Of a stretch of DNA of 64,000 nt, positions 47,415-57,180 are shown one piece after another; position 1 is the first letter of the stretch; each line of letters starts with the position of its first letter. This DNA is from Candidatus Sungiibacteriota bacterium (GTDB taxonomy: Bacteria; Patescibacteriota; Minisyncoccia; Sungbacterales; HO2-52-23), in the NCBI GenBank assembly GCA_016180435.1, contig JACPBG010000001.1, forward strand, positions 136,358 through 200,357, in the 5' to 3' direction. The position numbers and the translations under genes are program-made. The notes below the pieces were generated by a model. The model saw only the letters and a list, made by a program, of their open reading frames with translations, was not told the DNA's origin and ran no database searches.

Positions 47415-48512
47415 CTATATACGTATGATCGCGGAGCCATACTGCAAACCAGCTCCCAACGCGGAAAAAAGAACAAGATTTCCACTTTGTATCTTGTTGG
47501 CGGTCTTGGCTTCGTGAAATCCAACCGCTAATGTGGCGGTATCAAGATTCCCGAATCGGTCCACATGAATCGTAGTTTTTTCAGGAGGAATACCCAGGCG
47601 CGAAGTAAGCTTCTCCAGAATTACTTTATTAATTTGATGGAATACAAAGTAATTTATGTCTTGGATGGACATGTTGGCGTTTTTGAGCACTTCGTGCACC
47701 GTTCTCTCAAAATACGCCGGTGCCTTTTTTTGGACCATCGGCGCGTCCAGATTGAAATAATGGACGCCCGAAAGCACCGATTCTATGATTGCTGGATTTC
47801 GCGACCCGCCCTTAAACGTAGCGAAGTTGTTTGCGCCATCCGCGCCCCAATACGTGGCGAGAAATTTTTCAGGTGAATGCGGCTTAGATTTTTGCAGTAT
47901 CATTGCTCCAGCGCCGTCTCCAAACAGTGAGGCATTGAATCGGTCGCGCGCCATTAAAGCGCGCTGTCTCTCTGCTGTAATGCCATTTTCGTAGTAGCAT
48001 ACTGCATATGAAGATGTTGAGGTAGATGCGCTGATCAAAACTGTCTTGGCCTGACCGGACACGATGAGCGAGTTTGCGATAATCATCGCATAAATAAATC
48101 CTCCGCATCCGACGGTGGTCAGACCGAATGCAGATGTATTGGCGCGTGTCGCTCCGAGACGCATCATAAGCATTGGACCGGGATCCGGCATAAGGTCCTC
48201 GGGTGTAGAACTTGCGTAAATTATCACATCAACATCATCAATGTTGATGTTCGCATCTTGTAAGGCGTTTCGGCTGGCTTTTTCTGCAAGGTCCAAATCG
48301 TAAAACCCTTCCCTCATTTTGCCGGCGCTAAAATCAAATGCGAAGTGCCGCTCTTTAATTCCGAGTTTCTTCTCAATCCATTCCGGGCTCCAATCAAAAT
48401 TCTGATTGAATTCCGGCAATTTTCCGGTGGGGAAAATTCTGCAGAGCCCCTCGTTTGTCATAACAAACGGGGGCATGAACATGCCACTTCCGATTATCTT
48501 TGAATGGCGCAT
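47415..48512 (-). CDS. 3-oxoacyl-ACP synthase III (FabH)-like condensing enzyme
   Basis: Thiolase-fold size and layout with candidate active-site Cys in the TVGCGGFIYA context. Confidence 0.6.
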   Translation of the reverse strand: MRHSKIIGSGMFMPPFVMTNEGLCRIFPTGKLPEFNQNFDWSPEWIEKKLGIKERHFAFDFSAGKMREGFYDLDLAEKASRNALQDANINIDDVDVIIYASSTPEDLMPDPGPMLMMRLGATRANTSAFGLTTVGCGGFIYAMIIANSLIVSGQAKTVLISASTSTSSYAVCYYENGITAERQRALMARDRFNASLFGDGAGAMILQKSKPHSPEKFLATYWGADGANNFATFKGGSRNPAIIESVLSGVHYFNLDAPMVQKKAPAYFERTVHEVLKNANMSIQDINYFVFHQINKVILEKLTSRLGIPPEKTTIHVDRFGNLDTATLAVGFHEAKTANKIQSGNLVLFSALGAGLQYGSAIIRI

Positions 48513-48578
48513 ATTTCTCCTGGATGAATTTTTTCGAGAACTTCCCTGATTATACCATAAATTTATGATTTATACAAA

Positions 48579-48603
48579 TTTTAAAAAAGCCCTTAAAAGA
48601 GGG
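48579..48603 (-). terminator. Intrinsic terminator after the amidinotransferase-fold gene
   Basis: Hairpin GCCCTcttttaAGGGC followed by a T-run on the minus strand. Confidence 0.5.
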
Positions 48604-48605
48604 CT

Positions 48606-49511
48606 TTAAATATCTGATTTTACGCTGTACAAAAAGGTTGAATTCAGCGAAATCACGAGGCAGCGGGCGCTTCCGCCAGCTTTATGGAATTCGGAAAGAT
48701 ATACAACTCCGAGCTCAATATCGCGCTTGGCGAGTTCCTTGCGTAAAGCCGGCGATGGCTCGGTGGTAATCAATTTCCAATGGGTCAATTCCCTGGTTCG
48801 TGGATCCAGCTTCATTATCGGAATTCCGTTACAGACAAATTGCATGGCATCACGGTATGAAACAGGAATAACCTCGCTGTGATTTTCTATCACTCGAAAA
48901 GAGTGGGCATCAAATGCTTCAGGATAACATAAAATATATTTTCCGATAGGGCAGAGGCATGTGTCCAAATGATAAAAATCCGGATGAATGAGCTTCACCA
49001 ATATCGGGCTTTTTTTAATGCACTCGGCGGCATTAATGGCTCCGCGCTCGCTTGTACGAAAATAATTTCTCTCATCAGTGTCGCTGTAGCCGCAAAAAAG
49101 GGTTTCTTTCTCGTCAAAAATAAACAGGGCATCTCCGTGTCCTTCAAATGTCCCTTCGCACAACTCATGGATTTTAAACCCGAAACTCTCAAATGCGGTT
49201 TTAAAATACGCCTCCTCCTTCCCCCGCTCTTTCCGGAAACGAAAATGACTTAATACAAAATCGTCTTTATACACCAATCCGGCATTGGCGATAAAAACCA
49301 TGTCCGGAAGTCCCTCGGCCTGATCAGTGAAATAACTGCGAATTCCCTCCTGCTCCAGGGCATGGCGCAATCCATACCATTGAAATTTTGCGCCCGCAGG
49401 ATCAACCGGTTTCTGTCCCTTACGCCTCATGTGCGTGTTTATTTTATAGAAAACTCCGTAATAATCAGGACGGCACATCAGAACAGCCGAATTTTCTTTA
49501 AACGCTTCCAT
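48606..49511 (-). CDS. Guanidino-group-modifying enzyme superfamily protein (amidinotransferase/DDAH/arginine deiminase fold)
   Basis: FYHLDTCLCP and C-terminal GGSARC (candidate catalytic Cys). Start moved to the MEAFKENS Met because the upstream Cys/Arg-rich extension looks non-coding. Confidence 0.5.
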   Translation of the reverse strand: MEAFKENSAVLMCRPDYYGVFYKINTHMRRKGQKPVDPAGAKFQWYGLRHALEQEGIRSYFTDQAEGLPDMVFIANAGLVYKDDFVLSHFRFRKERGKEEAYFKTAFESFGFKIHELCEGTFEGHGDALFIFDEKETLFCGYSDTDERNYFRTSERGAINAAECIKKSPILVKLIHPDFYHLDTCLCPIGKYILCYPEAFDAHSFRVIENHSEVIPVSYRDAMQFVCNGIPIMKLDPRTRELTHWKLITTEPSPALRKELAKRDIELGVVYLSEFHKAGGSARCLVISLNSTFLYSVKSDI

Positions 49512-49652
49512 AAACTCCTTATTTGCACATTTTGAAGGTACGCGCCTTTTTTGAATATATGCTTTTGCGTAAAAAAGGCAACGGGGTTGAAAAATCAGGC
49601 ATATCGTTATACGATTCCGGCAGAACATTGACATTTGTTCGAGATCATATAG

Positions 49653-50927
49653 ATGTGGAAATTCCCTGATCCCATTGGCTGGATTCCGCCCGGAGATGCC
49701 GGACAAGCGCTTATGCGATTCATTATAGCATCGCTTAATCTGGAAGATGCGCAAAAAACAGCGCATATTTTCAGAGAAATACTAGAACCATACAAAAACA
49801 ACCTGGGATGGCATTTCAAATGCCTTATGCTTCTTGCCAAATTTTTCCCGCATGGTTTTAACGCCTTATTCCGCATCGGCACGTCGCTGTTTTTTGAAAA
49901 ACGTTTTATGGCGGCCAATGGCGATACGGGTATTGTGCTGGCTGTTTCGCGAACATCACGCCAAGGGTTAAAAACAAATTTTGATATTTTAGGAGAAGCG
50001 GTTACATCGGAAAAACAAGCCGAACGTTATGTCCAATCGTATCTTGCACTTATACGACAACTTATAACCTGTATGCCGCCGCATGAAATCAGCATATCAC
50101 TGAAACCCTCGGCATTTTATTCGCAAATTCAGGCTGCAGCGCCGGAACATTCGGCTGAAGTTATTGCCAAACGCCTGGAACCGATAATCGCCCTGCTTAA
50201 AAAAATCGGCGGACACGCCTACCTTGATGCGGAAGAATCCGAGATGCTTGAAGTGCAGAAACTGGTTTTTAAAATTCTATACCTAAAATATGGCAGCGCA
50301 GTCCGTTTCGTTCTGCAGGCCTATCTTAAATCCTCATTCCATACTCTAAAATGGCTAGTTTCCATAAATAATCCGGATGACCCCATACATTTCCGCTTGG
50401 TACGCGGAGCATATTGGGACCATGAATGTATGCGCGCCGAGCGGCTGAACTGGGATGAAACGCCGGTATATACCGATAAAGACGAAACCGATCTCATGTA
50501 TCATACGCTCATCTGGCAGGGCATGCGGCATGGACTTGTCGTGAATCTCGGAACGCACAATATCATAAGTATTGCCAACAGCATAAATTCCTATATTTCG
50601 ATGCGCGCCTGGGGTTTTGAATGCAGTATCCCGGAATTCCAAATGCTGCACGGCATGCCGGGCGTTAAAGAATTTGGCAAAATACTTTGCCAAAAAGGCT
50701 ATTCGGTTCGTATTTACAGTCCGGTCATATATCCCGAAGGCGAAACCCGCGAAGGAATGGCATATCTTGTGCGCAGAATTTTAGAAAACCAGTCCCAGAT
50801 GTCATTTCTGGTACAGCATTCCGGAACAAAAATGCGGGAAGCAGTTGGTATTTTACAAAAAATACCGGCCCGCAAAGATCTTCCGGATATAATCAAACAA
50901 ATCCGTATTCCCAAGGAGGCGGCCTAA
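49653..50927 (+). CDS. Proline dehydrogenase (PutA PRODH-domain-like)
   Basis: FAD-barrel family pattern including RLVRGAYWD (the VKGAY motif region); adjacent to P5C dehydrogenase. Confidence 0.65.
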   Translation: MWKFPDPIGWIPPGDAGQALMRFIIASLNLEDAQKTAHIFREILEPYKNNLGWHFKCLMLLAKFFPHGFNALFRIGTSLFFEKRFMAANGDTGIVLAVSRTSRQGLKTNFDILGEAVTSEKQAERYVQSYLALIRQLITCMPPHEISISLKPSAFYSQIQAAAPEHSAEVIAKRLEPIIALLKKIGGHAYLDAEESEMLEVQKLVFKILYLKYGSAVRFVLQAYLKSSFHTLKWLVSINNPDDPIHFRLVRGAYWDHECMRAERLNWDETPVYTDKDETDLMYHTLIWQGMRHGLVVNLGTHNIISIANSINSYISMRAWGFECSIPEFQMLHGMPGVKEFGKILCQKGYSVRIYSPVIYPEGETREGMAYLVRRILENQSQMSFLVQHSGTKMREAVGILQKIPARKDLPDIIKQIRIPKEAA

Positions 50928-52550
50928 ATGAATACCTTGCATGAATTCAAGAATGAACCGCACCTGGACTGGACTAATGAGGAAAACCGAAACGCCATGC
51001 GAAATGCCCTGCAACGGGTAAAAGGCGAGTTCGGAAAATCATATCTGATTATTATTGACGGAGAGTGGTCGCTTGCCAAAAAATCATTTTATTCGTTTGA
51101 TCCGGCGACCTGCAATCCGCGTATAAATCCGCATGGTTTTGATCCAACCCGCGACATAATAGGCATTGCATATACGGCTGGCCCAAATGATATTGACCGC
51201 GCAGTTAGAGTTGCTGAAAAAATAATTACGGAATGGCGCAAACTTGGCGTGGAAAAGCGCGCCGAATTGCTTTGGCGCGCCGCGCAAATCATGCGCGAAC
51301 GAAAATTTGAACTCGCCGCCTGGCTGGTTTATGAAGTGTCAAAATCCTGGGATGAGGCCATAAGCGAAGTTGAAGAAGCGATTGACTTCATTGAACTTTA
51401 TGTCCGCGAGAGTTATTTCTTTTTCGGTGAATTCCCTACGGCATCGCTCAAATCCGAAGAAAATATTCTTACAGCGGTTCCGCGCGGTCCGACTGCCGCC
51501 ATATCAACTTGGAATTTCCCGATCGCTTTGGCAGTTGAAAAAATAGCCGCATCGCTTGTTTGCGGATGTCCGGTGCTTTTCAAGCCGGCGGAACAGGCCT
51601 TTGTATGCGGATGGATGGCGGTTAAATGTTTTCTGGATGCGGGAGTGCCCCCGGAACTTATTGCTTATCTTCCGGGCGGGGATGAAGTTGGCAAAGCACT
51701 GGTAACATCCCGGGGAATCGCGCAAATCGCTTTTACTGGATCGGTTGAGGCGGGCATTGCCATAAATTTGTCCGCCGCCCAAACTCCCGGAAAATTCGGC
51801 ATCAAGGGGTTTGAACCGGAACTTGGCGGCAATAACGCCGTCATTGTTTGCCCGAGCGCCGTGCATGATTCCGCCATACGCGACATCCTGCATTCCAAAT
51901 TCGGCTTCAACGGCCAAAAATGCTCGGCACTGCAACGCCTTATTTTCGTGGGATCGCCGCTGGATTGCACGCCGCGAAAAATATGCGAAGGAGTAATTGA
52001 GGCTGCCAAATCGCTTGAATACGGGCATCCGGAAAATCCGGCTTATCGCCACACCTCTCTCATTGACAACGATGCCTATAAAAAAGTCCTTGAACGAATT
52101 GAGGCCTTGAAATGCTACGCGAATCCTTGTTATGAGCAAATGTTAAAAAAAGTTGATCGCGGGTATTTTGTAGGTCCGATTATTTTTGATAAAATTCCGC
52201 CTCATCTCGGATTTGTTCAGGAAGAAATATTCGGTCCAGTGCTTATGATTTTTTATGCTAGATCCTTGGAAGATGCGGTTTTACTTGCCAATAGCACTCC
52301 CAATGCCCTGACTGGAGGGGTTTTTACGGAGTTGGAAAGCGAGATTGAATACGCCAAACAAAATATTGATGTGGGAAATTTTTACGCCAACCGCCCTATC
52401 ACTGGGGCCATGGTCGGACGCCAGCCTTTCGGAGGATTTAAATTTTCCGGCAATGGCAAAAAAGTGGGGTGTCCGGAACGCCTGAATTTTTTTCTGAATC
52501 AAAAAACAGTGACGATCAACCGCGAGCGCTACGGCGCTTTGCTGAAGTAG
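50928..52550 (+). CDS. Aldehyde dehydrogenase family, likely 1-pyrroline-5-carboxylate dehydrogenase
   Basis: ALDH signatures ELGGNNA and FGFNGQKCSALQR (catalytic Cys); translationally coupled to the PRODH gene (stop/start overlap). Confidence 0.75.
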   Translation: MNTLHEFKNEPHLDWTNEENRNAMRNALQRVKGEFGKSYLIIIDGEWSLAKKSFYSFDPATCNPRINPHGFDPTRDIIGIAYTAGPNDIDRAVRVAEKIITEWRKLGVEKRAELLWRAAQIMRERKFELAAWLVYEVSKSWDEAISEVEEAIDFIELYVRESYFFFGEFPTASLKSEENILTAVPRGPTAAISTWNFPIALAVEKIAASLVCGCPVLFKPAEQAFVCGWMAVKCFLDAGVPPELIAYLPGGDEVGKALVTSRGIAQIAFTGSVEAGIAINLSAAQTPGKFGIKGFEPELGGNNAVIVCPSAVHDSAIRDILHSKFGFNGQKCSALQRLIFVGSPLDCTPRKICEGVIEAAKSLEYGHPENPAYRHTSLIDNDAYKKVLERIEALKCYANPCYEQMLKKVDRGYFVGPIIFDKIPPHLGFVQEEIFGPVLMIFYARSLEDAVLLANSTPNALTGGVFTELESEIEYAKQNIDVGNFYANRPITGAMVGRQPFGGFKFSGNGKKVGCPERLNFFLNQKTVTINRERYGALLK

Positions 52551-52555
52551 TCCGG

Positions 52556-52680
52556 AAACTGCTTTTAAAAATCTTCGCAAAATTCCACCGTAATTTTGCT
52601 CATCACGGGTCGGCCTCGCTCTTTCCGTTTCACGGAAAACCGTGGCCGCTCGGCCTCCCAGTGTTTTTAAAAGCAGATTT
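52556..52680. repeat. Structured repeat family H, copy 2, immediately after the ALDH stop codon
   Basis: Same core as 2416-2542; closing inverted repeat ctgcttttaaaaa / tttttaaaagcag (differs from copy 1). Confidence 0.6.
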
Positions 52681-52801
52681 CCTTCCTTAATGGATTTGCT
52701 TTAAGTTTATGCGGCATTTTCTATGCCGCATTTTTAATTTTTGCATTTGCATACACAATAAAATGTGTTATATTCAACGCAGTTCCTAAAAAAGTTAAAG
52801 A

Positions 52802-53128
52802 ATGAATGATATAGAATTTTTCTGTCCGCAGTGCTATAAAAAAGCCGAATTTGCGACGCACTATTGGATTAAATATTCTACGGCTGGATTGGAATTGCCT
52901 ACGTTTTTGTGCGTGGATTGTCACACAGCATATATTGATTGGCCCGTTGTCAAGCGTAAAATCCGCCGATGGAGAAATGCATCAAAATATGCGAAAGCAA
53001 AAATTTCTTATTTCGCGGTTGTCATAGAAATTATGCAGTGGCACCGTGAAAACCTGGAAGAGTTTTTTATAAAGCGACTTGGATATCGCGAAGTGAAATT
53101 TTTAAAGCGGCGTAAAGCCAAAACTTAA
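52802..53128 (+). CDS. Hypothetical zinc-ribbon protein (CPQC...CVDC)
   Basis: 108-aa ORF with two CxxC pairs. Confidence 0.4.
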   Translation: MNDIEFFCPQCYKKAEFATHYWIKYSTAGLELPTFLCVDCHTAYIDWPVVKRKIRRWRNASKYAKAKISYFAVVIEIMQWHRENLEEFFIKRLGYREVKFLKRRKAKT

Positions 53129-53156
53129 AACGCGGATTAATCGCGTTTATTTTTTA
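53127..53156 (+). terminator. Intrinsic terminator after the zinc-ribbon ORF
   Basis: aaaaCGCGGattaaTCGCGtttt then tttttt. Confidence 0.65.
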
Positions 53157-53157
53157 T

Positions 53158-53321
53158 TAGACCTACTGCACAAAGATTTTCGTCACGAAATTTCAGAATT
53201 TCGAGGCAAAATCGCTGAATAAACTTTGCGGCCTATCGGCCAAGATAAGCCAAAAAGTTTTGAAGCGATTTTGGCCGAAATTCTGAAATTGCAGTAGATT
53301 AATCTTTGCGCAGTAGGTCTA
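53158..53321. repeat. MITE-like family B, full-length palindromic copy (about 164 bp, 22-bp terminal inverted repeats)
   Basis: tagacctactgcacaaagatt ... aatctttgcgcagtaggtcta; the terminal cta provides the TAG stop of the minus-strand ORF 53319-53573. Confidence 0.7.
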
Positions 53322-53573
53322 TTCAACTCCTCCGACTTTTTCCACAATAGCGCGGTTAATTTCATCTTCAGTGGCGCCTTCGGGCAAACCGAGTTCTTTG
53401 ATCAATTCTTCGCGCTCCTTTCTTTCTTTTCGCTCTTGCAATTTTTCAAACGGCAAAACTTTGACTTTTTGTCCGGGCTTTTGCCCGGATTCCGGTAGCG
53501 GCTTTTCTTTCCGCTGGCGGTATTCATCAAGGTTCACGACGTTTTCGAAATTATTTTGAGGAGTTTTTTCCAT
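53319..53573 (-). CDS. Hypothetical small charged protein
   Basis: 84-aa Lys/Glu-rich ORF. Confidence 0.35.
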   Translation of the reverse strand: MEKTPQNNFENVVNLDEYRQRKEKPLPESGQKPGQKVKVLPFEKLQERKERKEREELIKELGLPEGATEDEINRAIVEKVGGVE

Positions 53574-53813
53574 AAATTTTTGCGATATAAATATAGATAA
53601 AATCTTGATCTACTTATACAACCAAGCTTGAACGCACTTTATCATAAATTTTTGAGCTAAGATAGTCCCGCCCCGCGAGCAGGACGGGCATTCCGTCGCT
53701 CTTCCCAACAAGGCATCAAAACTCATCCCAAAAAACACGCAAAAAAAATAAATTTGCGGGTGGACGCGTGCGGAATTTTCTTTTTAATTAGGGATCAATT
53801 TAATACAAACAAA

Positions 53814-54005
53814 TTATCCAAATACAGTGTAAAAGACGGCGATAATTACTATTGCAATAAGAATAATCCATTTCCAGCCACGAGATGACACTTGGGACAT
53901 ATTTTTAGCCTGATACTCAACCCGTTCTGCTGTGCGTTGCATGCTATCAAGCGTGCTCATGGTGCGGTCTACTTTCTTAAAAACATCAAATATTTTATCA
54001 AACAT
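53814..54005 (-). CDS. Small tail-anchored membrane protein
   Basis: 63 aa with C-terminal TM. Confidence 0.3.
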   Translation of the reverse strand: MFDKIFDVFKKVDRTMSTLDSMQRTAERVEYQAKNMSQVSSRGWKWIILIAIVIIAVFYTVFG

Positions 54006-54031
54006 TTTATTTATTTAAGTCAGGTAATTAG

Positions 54032-54667
54032 TCAGAAACGTAAATTATTATTAATAAGTTTTGCAAAAGCAATTAATTGTTCACGAGTAAATTTTTCATC
54101 AGCCATTAAAGTTACGAAGAAGCGACCAGAGCTATCAGCAAACATCAAGGATCTCTCAAGATTTTTTTCTTTATCCATATAAAAGTAAAATCCTTTCTTA
54201 CCGACATCAATATTGTCTATGCTAGCGCCGCCCAATTTACCCAAAGCCTCATATGAATCGAGCATCTTAAACGCTGAGTCTGCATAAATTACGTTGGCGC
54301 TTATATTAATATTATTATTGTTTCCATATTGACAAAAAATAATTTTTTCAGTTTGAAACGCATCCATCATGGGGTCGGAAGCCAAATTTGTATTCACTAA
54401 AAATAGTTTGTTTACATCTTTTGCCGAAGCTATTTGTGAACAACTAAATTTAAAACTACTGGAACCAATTTTGTCATTCGACGGTACTTGAGTCGGCGAG
54501 GCAGAAGGCGTTGTTTTTTGTGTAAACCCTTGCGGGCCAGACGGCGTTGATCTGCTTATAGTGTTGATGGCTCTATTGTAAAAATAAAATGCGCCTCCTA
54601 TTACAATTACTGCTGCCGCAACGATCACTAGCAATGAAATATATCCGCGATTATTTGATGTTTTCAT
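54032..54667 (-). CDS. Hypothetical membrane-anchored extracellular protein
   Basis: 211 aa, N-terminal TM, Ser/Thr/Pro-rich linker; low GC. Confidence 0.4.
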   Translation of the reverse strand: MKTSNNRGYISLLVIVAAAVIVIGGAFYFYNRAINTISRSTPSGPQGFTQKTTPSASPTQVPSNDKIGSSSFKFSCSQIASAKDVNKLFLVNTNLASDPMMDAFQTEKIIFCQYGNNNNINISANVIYADSAFKMLDSYEALGKLGGASIDNIDVGKKGFYFYMDKEKNLERSLMFADSSGRFFVTLMADEKFTREQLIAFAKLINNNLRF

Positions 54668-56430
54668 TATTTTATATTTTCTTCTTGGCCAATATTAATA
54701 GTTGGCTCCACTGAGGCGTATTTTCGGATGAAATAAATATCATTCGCGTTTTGTATGGTATCTATGCCTCTGGTTTTATCATACCTGCCTCCGATATTGT
54801 AATTCAAAACTGATACGGGTGCGGTTTGATTTTTTCCAGTTCCGTCTCCAAGTTGTCCAGTTTCATTGCCGCCCCAACACTTCATTTCTCCATTCGATAA
54901 CAAAGCGCAGCTATAATTTACACCGGCCGCAATGGCAACAGCGTTAGTGATGGCAGAAGAAGAAATCTCGCCCCCTGCACTCCCGCCCCAACATTTTACT
55001 TGTCCGCTTGATAACAAGGCGCAAGTATGAAAAGATCCAACCACAACAGATGTAGCATTGGAAATGCTGCCGCCATTAAGCTGGCCGCCACCATTATCGC
55101 CCCAGCATTTAATTGTGCCACCAGTTAGCAAAGCGCAGGTATGGCTTTCGCCAGCACTTAAAGCAGATACGCCATTTAAACCAGAAACCACAACTGGCGT
55201 GGCTTCGTATTGAAGCTTTGTAGAAGCGCCTAACTGTCCGCTAGTATTCCAGCCCCAGCATTTTACGGTGGCGTTGGAAAGCAAAGCACACGTGTGGTTG
55301 CCGCGAGCTATCAGTGCTACTGCATCATCAATACCTATAACTGATATTGAGGTATTTTTAGAAACAGTTGTCCCATCGCCTAATTGACCATGACTATTTT
55401 CGCCCCAGCATTTTACAGAGCCGTTTGATAATAAAGTACAGGTGTGCTTCCAGCCAGCCGCTATTGCTATCGCATCATTTATTCCTGAAACCAAAACCGG
55501 AGAACTTTTACTTGTTCCGTAACCGTCTGTTCCTATACCTAACTGGCCATAGAGATTATACCCCCAACATTTCACGTTCCCACCGGAAAGCAATGCGCAT
55601 GTGTGTTTCCAGCCAGCGCTTACGGCCATCGCATTATTTATGCCTGACACAGCAACGGGCGTAGATTTATAATCATAAGACGCGCTTGAACCATATCCTA
55701 GCTGGCCCCAATCATTTTGGCCCCAGCATTTAACCCCACCACTCGAAAGTAAAGCGCAAGTATGTGCGCCGTTTGCAGAAATAATATTTTCCTTTTTCAA
55801 ACCAAACGCCAAAAAAGTATTTTGTCCGTTGCTTAGAAAAGATGCTGACGCGTTGCCGTAATATAAATAAATTTTGCCACTGGGCGCAGTGATAGACGGA
55901 ACTTTTACCCAAATTTTTGAATTCTCCGAGTTACATCCGGATTCCATCCAGTAATTAAGCAAAACAGTGCTGCCAAAATCAGTAAATCGCATATCGCCAC
56001 AATCTGAACGCATTTTGCCTGCAGATACAAGCGAGGCAGTATCTAAAGATATTAAAATCTGATAATTGGAAAGTGCTGTGGCAGAAGATATAGAAATTAA
56101 TTTTCTATATTGCCAATTTGGCAAAATTTTTACTGGTTCGGATTTAAGTACTGTCGGCGTTGGAGTTTGACTTGGTACTATGATTTTTGGTGTAGCAGGC
56201 CGCACAGTGGGCGTTTGAGTAGACTGGGTGAAAGGCGCTGTTACTTGCAGCTCCGTTTCCGAAGGCGCGGCCTGTTTATCTTTTGGCTCCGGAAAAGATA
56301 AAGGATTTGATGTAATCTTTTGTGAACCTGTCGGCACTGAAGAAGGATTAATGAAAATATTTAAATAAACATAAGCGCCCCCAAGTAAAACAGCGGCGAT
56401 AATTATAGAAATTATTACTAATTTAACCAT
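54667..56430 (-). CDS. RCC1-repeat (beta-propeller) surface protein with N-terminal TM anchor
   Basis: About eight repeats of the HTCALLS.G.VKCWG.N..GQLG pattern; PT-rich linker. Confidence 0.7.
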   Translation of the reverse strand: MVKLVIISIIIAAVLLGGAYVYLNIFINPSSVPTGSQKITSNPLSFPEPKDKQAAPSETELQVTAPFTQSTQTPTVRPATPKIIVPSQTPTPTVLKSEPVKILPNWQYRKLISISSATALSNYQILISLDTASLVSAGKMRSDCGDMRFTDFGSTVLLNYWMESGCNSENSKIWVKVPSITAPSGKIYLYYGNASASFLSNGQNTFLAFGLKKENIISANGAHTCALLSSGGVKCWGQNDWGQLGYGSSASYDYKSTPVAVSGINNAMAVSAGWKHTCALLSGGNVKCWGYNLYGQLGIGTDGYGTSKSSPVLVSGINDAIAIAAGWKHTCTLLSNGSVKCWGENSHGQLGDGTTVSKNTSISVIGIDDAVALIARGNHTCALLSNATVKCWGWNTSGQLGASTKLQYEATPVVVSGLNGVSALSAGESHTCALLTGGTIKCWGDNGGGQLNGGSISNATSVVVGSFHTCALLSSGQVKCWGGSAGGEISSSAITNAVAIAAGVNYSCALLSNGEMKCWGGNETGQLGDGTGKNQTAPVSVLNYNIGGRYDKTRGIDTIQNANDIYFIRKYASVEPTINIGQEENIK

Positions 56431-56947
56431 TAGAATTAGAAGCTGACCCTTGAATTATCGGATCATAATATTTTCCGACACCCTGTTGCATTATTAAGGC
56501 AAACGCATAAATTCCAACAATTCCGCCGATGGCGTTTATCAGCCAGAATACTATGCCGCCAAAAACACCCAATCCGGACAGGCCGCCCAGAATTCCAAAA
56601 ATAATCCATATCGCAAGACTTGGATAGAAACATAACTGAAAAATATTTGTTATATTGAACGCCCAGCCGAATAAAATCCTGGCAAGCTTAAGCCAGAAAT
56701 CAAAAAACATAGAAAAAATCACTCCGCCTATGGCGCCGCCAATTACTGACAAAACAATATTATAAATGAAATTTCCTAAACCAAAATAATTTGACTTAAT
56801 TCCAAAGGCTATCAGATCGTCTATTGCTCCTCCCCCGGGGATAGTAAAAAATCTAACACTAACAAAAGTAGCAATCCCAATAATTACTCCGTAAACGGCC
56901 GATCCTATGGCGGACCAATATATTGTGTTTTTTGTGCGTTCATCCAT
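56423..56947 (-). CDS. Hypothetical polytopic membrane protein
   Basis: 174 aa Gly/Ile-rich with 4-5 TM helices; first gene of the operon (8-nt overlap with the next gene). Confidence 0.45.
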   Translation of the reverse strand: MDERTKNTIYWSAIGSAVYGVIIGIATFVSVRFFTIPGGGAIDDLIAFGIKSNYFGLGNFIYNIVLSVIGGAIGGVIFSMFFDFWLKLARILFGWAFNITNIFQLCFYPSLAIWIIFGILGGLSGLGVFGGIVFWLINAIGGIVGIYAFALIMQQGVGKYYDPIIQGSASNSNG

Positions 56948-57180
56948 ATAAACATTATACGCGAAACGAGATTAATGAAAAGAAAAACTATCCACACGTA
57001 GAACCAATCCTTTTATATAAAAATACCATCACTCATTGGGCAGACACCAACCCTCCCAATTTATTTCTAATTAAAAAGAAAATTCCGCGCGCGCCCACCT
57101 CCTCCACCAAAGACGAATTGCGGATTTTGGGGGATAGCCGTTGCGAGGCGGCTTCCTCTGGCTTGCGCTTTTCTAAAGTG

